Assembly (NCBI RefSeq): GCF_009914755.1
Contig: NC_060925.1
Length of the DNA: 64,000 nucleotides
DNA from: the human T2T-CHM13v2.0 reference genome, Homo sapiens
Direction: 5' to 3' (one strand)
Shown here: positions 38,361 through 64,000 of the stretch, piece by piece
How positions within the stretch are numbered: the first letter of the stretch is position 1
Layout of the letters: the number at the start of each line of letters is the position of its first letter
Made by a program: the position numbers and the translations under genes
The notes under the pieces: generated by a model
The model's database searches: none
Told to the model about the DNA's origin: nothing
Seen by the model: the letters and a program-made list of their open reading frames with translations, nothing else

Positions 38361-38660
38361 GGCCAGGTGTGGTGGCTCACTCCTGTAATTCCACCACTTT
38401 GGGAGGCTGAGGCAGGAGGATGGCTTGAGGCCAGGAGTTCAAGACAAGTCTGGTCAACATAGCAAGAGCTTGTCTCTAAAAAAGAAAAATTAAAAAAAAA
38501 TTAGTTAGATGTGGTGGTGTACACCTGTAGTTCCAGGTACTTGGGAAGCCAAGGCAAGGGTAAATTGAGCTCAGGAGGTCAAGGCTTTAGTTAGCCATGA
38601 TTGAGCCATTGCACTCCAGCCTGGACAACAGAGCTAGATCCTGTCTTAAAAAAAAAAAGA
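38361..38660 (+). mobile_element. Alu (AluJ-like)
   Basis: Diverged dimer. Confidence 0.88.
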
Positions 38661-38769
38661 AGAAGAAGAAGTGGGGATTTCAGGTACTTAGGAGACTAGA
38701 AGGAGAAAACAGGTAGCCTTATGACATCCATCCAAGGTCACACAGAGATTCATCTACTGGCCTGGATAA

Positions 38770-39232
<463 letters not shown>

Positions 39233-39389
39233 TGAATCAGAGATCAGCCAGAGTAGGAAGGCAGCCAACATTAAGGACACAAGGAAAGAGGCAGCATTGC
39301 CAGGGCCTGGAAACAGGTGTTGGAGTGACACCCAAAATAGTCTCATTTTAAGGTTTTTGTAAAAAACAAAAACAAAAACAAACGAACCT

Positions 39390-45545
<6,156 letters not shown>

Positions 45546-45554
45546 CTAAGTGTT

Positions 45555-47425
<1,871 letters not shown>

Positions 47426-47741
47426 TATAGCTAGCTTTATAGTAAGTCTTGAAGCAAGGTATTGTCAATCCTCCAAATTTGCTATTCTTCTTCAATATTG
47501 AATTGGCTCTACTAGGTCTTTTGACCCTTCACATACATTTTAACATCAGTTTGTCGATATCCACAAAGTAACTTGCTGGGACTTTGACTGAAGTTGCATT
47601 AAATCTATAGATCCAGGTGGGAAGAACTGTCACCTTGATGATATTGAGTCTCCTTGCCCATGAGCATGAAATATCTTTTCATTTATTTAGTTCTTCTTCG
47701 AGTTCTTTCATCTTTTCTTTTATTGTTTTCCTTATACAGAT

Positions 47742-49457
<1,716 letters not shown>

Positions 49458-49889
49458 TAGATCTTGTACATATTTTGTTAGATTTATACCTAAGTATTGC
49501 ATTTTTAGAGGAGCTAATATAAATGGTACTGTGTTTTTAATTTCAAATTCTACTTTTTCATTGCTGGCATATGAAAAAGTGATTGGCTTTTGTATATTAA
49601 TGTTGGATTCTGCAACCTTGCTGTAATTGTTTATTCGTTTCAGGAGGTTTTTTTGCTGTTGTCATTGAATATTTCAGATTTTCTACATAGACCATCATGT
49701 TATCTGCAAAGACAGTGTTAATTCTTCCTTCCCAATTAATATATTTTATTTCCTTTTTTTGTCTTATTGCCTTAGCTTGGACTTCCAGTATGATGTTGAA
49801 AAGGAGTGGCAAGAGAAGACATCCTTGACTTGTTATTGATCGTATCAGAAAACTTCTAGTTTCTCACTATTAATGGATGTTGGCTGTAG

Positions 49890-50204
<315 letters not shown>

Positions 50205-50306
50205 TAGATGTTCTTTATGAAGTTGAGGAAAGTTTTGCTCTATTCCTACCTTGCTAAGAGTGGTTTGTTGTTTTTTTAATTTTTATTTATTTATTTATTT
50301 TTTTGA

Positions 50307-50651
<345 letters not shown>

Positions 50652-51156
50652 TGATGTGATTACTGATGTTTCATATTTAACCTCATGTTGCAATAGGTTA
50701 CATTAATTGATTTTTGGGTGTTAAATCAGTCTTGCATATCTGGGCTAAATCTGCTCAGTCATGGTGTATAATTCTTTATATACATTGTTGAATTCAATTT
50801 GCTAATATTTTGTTGAGTATTTTTGAATCTATGTTCACAGAGATATTGGTTTGTAGTTTCTCTTCTTGTAACACTTTTGTCTGGTTTTGGTATTAGGCTA
50901 ATGCTGGCATCATAGAATGAGTTAGGTTCCCTCCACTGCTATCTTCTGGAAGAGAGAATTGGTATAATTTTCTTCATTAAATGTTTGGTAAAACTCACCA
51001 GTAAATCCATCTGGGCCTGGTGCTTTCTGTTTTGGAAGGTTATTAATTATTGATTCAATTTCTTTAATTAATAGATAATAGGCTTATTCAAATTGTTTCT
51101 CCTTATGTGAATTTTGGTATAGTATTTATTTAAAGGAATTGGCTCATTTCATCTAG

Positions 51157-51454
<298 letters not shown>

Positions 51455-51480
51455 TAGCCAGCATGGTCTCGATCTCCTGA

Positions 51481-51891
<411 letters not shown>

Positions 51892-52579
51892 TAGCTTTTC
51901 TAGACACTTATTGATTTTACTGATCTTTTTAAAGAACCAGCTTTTGGTTTTGTTGATTTTTTTCTATTGATTTTCTGTTTCCAGTTTTATTGTCTTGGGC
52001 TCTAATTTTTATTCTTTCTTCTCTTCTCCTTTCTTTGGATTTAATTTGTTCTCCTTTTTCTGTTTTCCTAAAGTGGAAGCATAGACTATTGATTTAAAAT
52101 CTTACTTATTTTCTAATATATACATTCAAACTATAAATTTCCTTCTAAGTACTGCTTTTGCTGAATCCCACAAATTTTGATAAGTTGTACTTTCATTTTC
52201 ATTTAGTTCAAAGTATTTTTAAAATTTATCTTTTGATTTCTTCCTTGATCCATGTGTTATTCAGAAGTATGTTGTTTGATCTACAAGTACAATATTTTGA
52301 GATTTTCCAGATATCTTTTTATTATTGGTTTCTAGTTTAATTCCACTGTGGTCTAAGAGCAGATACTGTGTAATTTCTATTCTTTTAAATTTGTTGTGGT
52401 GTGTTTATGACCAAGTCTGTTTGCTATCTTGGTGAATGTTCATGTGAGCTTGGAAAGAGTGTGTGTTCTACAGTTGTTAGATGAAGTAGTCAATAGATAT
52501 CAATAATATCAAGTTGATTGATGGTGCTATTGAATTCCACTATGTTCTGTTCCTACTCATTTTCTGCCTGCTAGGTCTG

Positions 52580-52643
52580 TTCCCTCCCTCCCTCCCTCCC
52601 TTCCTCCCTTCCTCCCTTCCTTCCTTCCCTCCTTCCCTCCTTC
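52580..52643. repeat. (CCTT/CCCT)n pyrimidine tract at an Alu tail
   Basis: Directly visible. Confidence 0.9.
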
Positions 52644-53688
52644 TTTGAGACAGGGTCTTGCTCTGTTTCCCAGGCTGGAGTGCAGTGACATGAATCTCCT
52701 GGGCTCAAGTGATCTTCCCCACCTCAGCCTCCCAAGTAATTACAGGTATGCATCACCATGCCTGGCTAATTTTTTTATTTTTAGTAGAGACAAAGTCTTG
52801 CCACGTTGCCCAGGCTGGTCTCAAACTCCTGGGCTCGAGCTATTTCCAACCACAATAGTAGATTCATTTAGTTCTCCTTGCACTTCTGTCTGTTTTTGCC
52901 TTGTGCATTTTGATGCTTTGTTGTTAGGTGCATACACATTAAGGATTGTTATGTCTTCTTGAATAATTGACCCCTTTATTATTATGTAATACCCCTCTTT
53001 AGCTCTGATAACCTTCCTTGCTCTGAAGTCTGCTCTTTCAATATTAATATAGCTATTTTCACTTTCTTTTGATTAGTGTTATCATGGTATGTATCTCTCT
53101 AATTTTTACATTTAATGTATATGTGCCTTTATATTTAAAGTGGGTCTCTTGTGAACAACATCTAGTTGGGTCTTTTTTTGATCCACTCTAACAATCTCTT
53201 TTAATTGGTGTATTTAGATCATTGATGTTTAGAGTGATTATTGATATAATTGGTATCTACCATATTTGTTACTGTTTTCTATTCATTGCCTTTATTCTTT
53301 GTTCCTATTTTTGTCTTCTACAGTTTTTCTGCTTTTTGTGATTTTAATGAAGTATTTCATATAATTCCATTTTCTCTTCTTTCTTAGTATATCTGTTATA
53401 CTACTTTTTTAAAACTTACTTTTTCTTTAGTTGTTGTCCTACAGTTTGCAATATACATTTACAGCTAATACAAATCCACTTTCAAGCAGCATTATACCAT
53501 TACACAGGCAGTGCAGGTACCTATAATAACAAAATAATCCTTATTCTTCCCTCCTATTTCTTAAATCATTATTGTAATTCATTTCACAGATACATAAGCA
53601 TACGTAAATATATATGTATATAAGCATACATAATTGAGTACATTGTGGTGTTATTATTTTGAACAAACTGTTATTGTTAGTTAAATTA

Positions 53689-54081
<393 letters not shown>

Positions 54082-55444
54082 TTAGTGTTGCATGCCTGTA
54101 GTCCCAGCTACTTGGGAGGCTGAGGCAGTAGGATTTTTTGAGTCCAGGAGGTCAGGGCTACAGTGAGATATGACTGTGCCACTGCATTCCAGCCTAAGTA
54201 ACAGATTGAGCCCCTGTCTCTAAAAAGAAAGAAAGAAAAAAAAAAGAATGTTTTTATTTTACCTGCACCTTTTTTTTTTTTTTTTTTTGAGACAGAGTCT
54301 CACTCTTACCCAGGCTGGAGTGCAATGGTGCGATCTTGGCTCACTACCACCTCTGCCTCTGAGGTTCGAGCGATTCTCCTTCTTCAGCCTCCCAAGTGAC
54401 TGGGATTACAGGCATGCACCACCATGCCCAGCTAATTTTTGTATTTTTAGTAGAGACGGGGTTTCACCATGTTGGTCAGTCTGGTTTTGAACTCCTGACC
54501 AAAGGTGATCCAGCTGCCTTGTCCTCCCAAAGTGCTGGGATTATGGGAGTGAGCCACCATGCCCGGCCTACTTTCACTTTTTTCGAAAGATCTTCCTTTC
54601 TTTATGTAATCTGAGTTTCTGACCTATGTCATTTTCTTTTCCTTTAAAGAACTTCTTTTAGCATTTCTTCCAAGCGTGACTACTGGCAAGAAATTCTCTT
54701 AATTTTTGTTTATCCGAGAAGCTTTTTATCTCTCCTTCATTTGTGCAGGATAATTTTGCAGGATATAGAATTTCAGATTGGTGCCATTTTTTCTCTTTCA
54801 ATAACACTTTAAAAAGTTTCACTTCACTTTCATCTTGCTTACATGATTTCTGAAGAGAAGTTGGGTGTCATTCTTACTTTTGGTCCTCTGTAAATAAGGT
54901 GTTTTTTCTCTCTGTCTTTTTTCGAACTTTTTTCTCTGTATTTGATTTCCTACAGTTTGAACATGATATGCCTACATGTAATTTTTTGGCATTTATCCTG
55001 CTTTGCATATTCTGAGCTTCCTGGATACGTGGTTTGGTGTCTGACATTATTAATATGGGGGGAAATACACAGTCATTATTCTAATAGTTTTTCTGTTCCT
55101 TCCTGTCTTTTCCTTCTGATATTCTCATTATGGGTATGTTAAACCTTTAGTAGTTGTCTTACAGTTCTTAGATATTCATTCCAGTTTTTTCCAATCTTTT
55201 TTCTCTTTCTCTTTGCTTTTCCATCTTGGAAGTTTCTATTAACATATCCTCAAGCTCAGAGGAGATTTTTTCCTCAGCCATGTCCAGTCTACTAATGAGT
55301 CCATGAAAGACATTCCTTCATTTCTGTTACAGTATTTTTATCTGTAGCATTTCTTTTTTGATTTTTTCTTAGAATTTCCATCTCTCTGTTTACATTGCCC
55401 ATTTGCTCTTTCATGCTACCTACTCTATCCATTACAGCCCTTAA

Positions 55445-55804
<360 letters not shown>

Positions 55805-55930
55805 TAATAATAGTTATTTTAAATTCCCATTCTGATAATTCCAACATTCCTGCCATATATATATGAGTCTGATTCTGATGCTTGCCCGGTCTCTTCAAAC
55901 TGTATTTTTTTGGCTGAGCGTGGTGGCTCA

Positions 55931-56262
<332 letters not shown>

Positions 56263-57408
56263 TTAACCTGCTGGACATGATATACTGGGTAAAAGGAACT
56301 GATATTCATAGGTCTTCAGCAATGTGCTGTTAAGGTGTCGGGGGAGAGAAGCTTTCCCTAGTGCTATGGTTACATCTCAGTCTTTTGTCAGCCTATGACT
56401 CTGAACTGTGAACTTCACAAGTGTTTCTCAGTCCCACCCACCCCCCTTTAGGTGGGATCTGATGGTTAGAGTGGGTTGGAGTTGGGTATTTTCCTTCCTC
56501 CAGGCCAGTTAATTTCTCATAAAATAGTTTCTTCTAAGATCAGGCCTTGTTAAGAAGAATAGAATGCTCTGGTATATTTCAAAATGGTTCTTTCCCCTCC
56601 CTCTTCTACAAACACAAGGGGATTTTTCTCCAGGAGTCACTGTGTGAACCTGGGGGAACTTCTAAGGTGAATACAAAAGTGTGGTGAGGGAGCCTGAAGT
56701 TTTCATTGCTCAGAGAATTGCTAGCAACTCAGCAATTCTTCAGTTACAGTTCAGGTTTTCCTACCCCAGAGCTGGTTCCTGGGGAGGTTTCTACTCCCAT
56801 CAGTTGTGGGTCTCTATATCCACCTGTCTGTGTTTCCAATTCTGGGGGCAGGAATTTGCCCTATGACCTTACTTCTCTGACAAATGTAAGAAGAGTGTTA
56901 GATTTTTCAGTGTGTGGAGCTTTGTACTTGTTAGGACAGAGTGATGACTTCCAAGCTCCCTGCGTGCTGGCCATTATAAAGTTTTAAGTATTTGAGAGCA
57001 AAATAACTATTTTATTGTTGAATTGATATATTTTGCAATCTTCATTAATGCAGCATGATTCAACCACTCTACAACTTCAACCACCTACTGAAGTTTTAGA
57101 TACACTTTTTCCTTATTTATCTCTGAAGTATTTATACTTCAGCTAAAATGATCATCTTGTGTACTTAAAATTCTTCTTTTTTGGATTATTTTCTTTTTAT
57201 ATTCAAAATTTAGATCCATAATCCTCAATCCCAAACTCTATTTTTTAAAAAAGACTACAGTGTTTGTAATTGATTAGATCACTAGATGTGGAGAGGGGAT
57301 GAGGAGAGAGGGATAAAAATTATTCTTTCCAGAGCTACAAGTCTCTGACTGATTGAAGTAAAAAAAAAATCTGAGGAAAACTCAGCATTATTGGAAGTTG
57401 CCCGTTTA

Positions 57409-57750
<342 letters not shown>

Positions 57751-57829
57751 TCAAGAAAACAGATACCCTTGAAACTGAGAAAGCTTCTATTGAAATACCG
57801 GTGATAGGCAGTTCTAAAATTCAGGGTCA

Positions 57830-58120
57830 GGGCCAGGTGCAATGGCTCACGCTTGTAATCCCAGCACTTTGGGAGGCCGAGGCGGGCAGATCACCTCAGG
57901 TCAGGAGTTCGACACCAGCCTGGCCAACACGGCGAAACACCATCTCTACTAAAAATACAAAAATTACCCAGATGTGGTGGCGGGCACCTGTAATCCCAGC
58001 TACTTGGGAGGCTGAGGCAGGAGAATCACTTGAACCCCGGGGGGTGGAGGCTGCAGGGAGCCAAGATGGTGCCACTGCACTCCAGCCTGGGCGACAGAGT
58101 GAGACTCCATCTCAAAAAAA
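57830..58120 (+). mobile_element. Alu (AluS)
   Basis: Full dimer. Confidence 0.92.
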
Positions 58121-59231
58121 CAATAAGTAAAATTAAAAAATTAAAAATTGAATGCAAATTCTTAATGATCACAAGAGAAACGTAAATTAATTTGTTAACC
58201 TATGATAAATTATATTCCAAATACAATTGAACTAAATTTATCTCTGTGCTAAAGGTACCAGGTATAACTTGCTTATTTTAAGTAGGCGTTTCTGCCACTA
58301 AAATTGCTGTGTTACAGCTATTAATAACACAACAGCAGTGCTGGTTTGAGGTTGCTGATGTGCAGGTCCTCTGAGCTGCTGTTTGCCTTTGGTGCCCGTA
58401 CCTGCCTCTCAGTGTACTTCCATTTCCTTGTTGCTTTCATTATTTCCTTCCTTCATAACGCTCCCATGCCTTCTAGAGAAAACCTGATTGGATAAAACTT
58501 AATAGCATAAGACTATTTGCGTCTTGAAAAGGATTAAAATAGTGTGACACAAAGGCATAAAGTGCTAAAGGTGTAAGTTGAGATAGGAAAAAGTCTGAAG
58601 TCACTTCACATATGCTAACCACAACTCTGTAAAATGGAGGAAAAATCCATTTTACTTTCATTTTTTTTAAAGGAAGCAAGTGTAAATTAATATTACTTTT
58701 GTTTTTATTTGAACAATTCATAGTCTGGAAAATAAGAAGACTGAAGGGAAATTTTTTAGGTGACTAAATGTTTGGAACAGATGACTGTGTGAAACATGGT
58801 TTGTTGGGGGACAGGGAAGGTCAAGACTTATTTTGCTAAGCAGGTGCCTTTGTAAAAAATCATTTCTAAATTTGCTATTAAAATTTTTTAATTACATAAA
58901 AATACATAAATAAGTTATTTATTTTAAATGAAAGAACATTACAGACAAAGCTAAAGTCCCCTTTAAGCATTACTTTCTCCCAACCCTAGTCCTTTCCTAA
59001 TTGCCCAGAAATAGCCATTATTAGCTATTGTTATGAGCTTGGCATGTATCTGTTTGTTTGTTGTAGAAATGGGGTTTAGCTATGTTGCCTAGGCTTAATG
59101 CAGTGGCTATTCACAGGTGCCATCATAGTGCACTGCAGCCTTGAACTCCTGGCCTCAAGTGATCTTCTCGACTCAGCCTCCCCAGTATCTGGGACCACAG
59201 GTTTGTGCCATCAGTGCCTGGCTATTTATTT

Positions 59232-61935
<2,704 letters not shown>

Positions 61936-62049
61936 AGACAAAGTTGACATGTATCCATTTACAAAGGAATTACATGTAGTTATAGAAAATATACAGACTG
62001 GATTTTTTTTCTACCTCTGATATTAATCTGCAACTTATTTGGTCATTTA

Positions 62050-62365
<316 letters not shown>

Positions 62366-62369
62366 TATT

Positions 62370-63460
62370 TTTGAGTTTATATCGTGTAACTTCTGTAAAA
62401 TATTCTATTACATGAATGTGTTGTATCATATTTACCCATACCCCATTGATGAATGCTTAGGTTATTTCCAATCTTTGTTATTACAAACAATGCTGCAACC
62501 AGTGTCCTTATGCATGTCTCCTTGTACCCACATGTAAGAGTTTGCTTAGGGAAAATACATCGGTCAAATTCCTCTACAGTGTAATCATATCAATTTATAT
62601 TCCTACAATGTATGAGGGTCTATGTCTCTGCAATCTTGCCAATATTTGATATGAACAAGCTTTAAAAATTTGCCGATCGGTTAACTCATTAGTATTTTAA
62701 TTTGCATTTATCTTATTTCTAGTGGGTTAAGTACCTTTTTCAATTTTTTTGTTTTTAAAAGATGGGGTCTTGCTCTGGAGTGCAGTAGTGCAATCATAGG
62801 TCACTGCAGTCTCAAACTCTTGAGCTCAAGGGATCTGCCCACCTCAGCCTCCCAATTAGCCTGACTACAGGTGCATGCCACCATACTTGGCTAATTTTTA
62901 AATTTTTTTGTAGAGACAGGATCTTGTGTATTGCCTAGGCTGGTCTCAAACTCCTGGGCTCAAGTGATCCTCCCACCTCAGCCTCCTGAGTAGCTAGATT
63001 ACAGGTCTGTGCCACTGCATCTGGCTAATTATTATTATTATTGTTTTTTGTAGAGACAGTGTCTCACTATGCTGCCAAGGCTGGGCTAATCTCAAACTCC
63101 TGGCCTCAAGCAATTCCTGGACCTTCCAAAGCTCCTGGCCCATTTTCAGACAATAATTTTATTGCCTATTTTTACTTCTTCTAGAAATTTTCTGTTTAGT
63201 CTTTGTTTACACTTATATTGAATTATTTTTATTATATTTTAACTTACTTGAAAAAATGCTTTAAAATTTGGATACTCACCTTTGTTATATAGCAAAGATT
63301 AATAATTAATATAAATTAATTTATCCAAGTCTATTCCCTGCTTTAGAACTTCTCTTGTCTTGCTGCAGATAATTTAAATTTGTATCTGGTTGGGTTTATC
63401 AGATTTTTATTCTATGCCTTTTGATTCTTTTTTTTTTTTTTTTTTGCCTTAAGAAAGCTC
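62370..63460 (-). mobile_element. L1ME-like 3' fragment with Alu pieces
   Basis: 'ttaggttatttccaatctttgttattacaaacaatgctgcaa' motif. Confidence 0.7.
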
Positions 63461-63465
63461 TTCCT

Positions 63466-64000
<535 letters not shown>

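Overview
Human (or great-ape) genomic DNA that is mostly repeats. By my count it holds about 75 Alu copies or fragments (roughly 30% of the window), long fragmented old L1s, more than 10 LTRs, and MIR/L2 and hAT DNA-transposon relics. I recognise no protein-coding gene; nearly all ORFs in the track are Alu, L1 or microsatellite translations. The one clear gene-associated feature is a CpG-island promoter at ~26.1-26.85 kb (GC boxes, ZNF143-type site, CCAAT plus E-box, splice donors on both strands). It probably drives unidentified, possibly divergent and non-coding transcripts. The best hidden signal, missed by the ORF track, is a decayed provirus on the minus strand at ~12.5-15.8 kb. It has an ERVL-type LTR and integrase tail but a gamma-type env (SU motifs, ISD, CX6CC, TM), all broken by stops and frameshifts. 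I found no convincing previously undescribed biological system. Repeat subfamily names are recalled from memory and need RepeatMasker/Dfam confirmation; coordinates without a quoted TSD are approximate.
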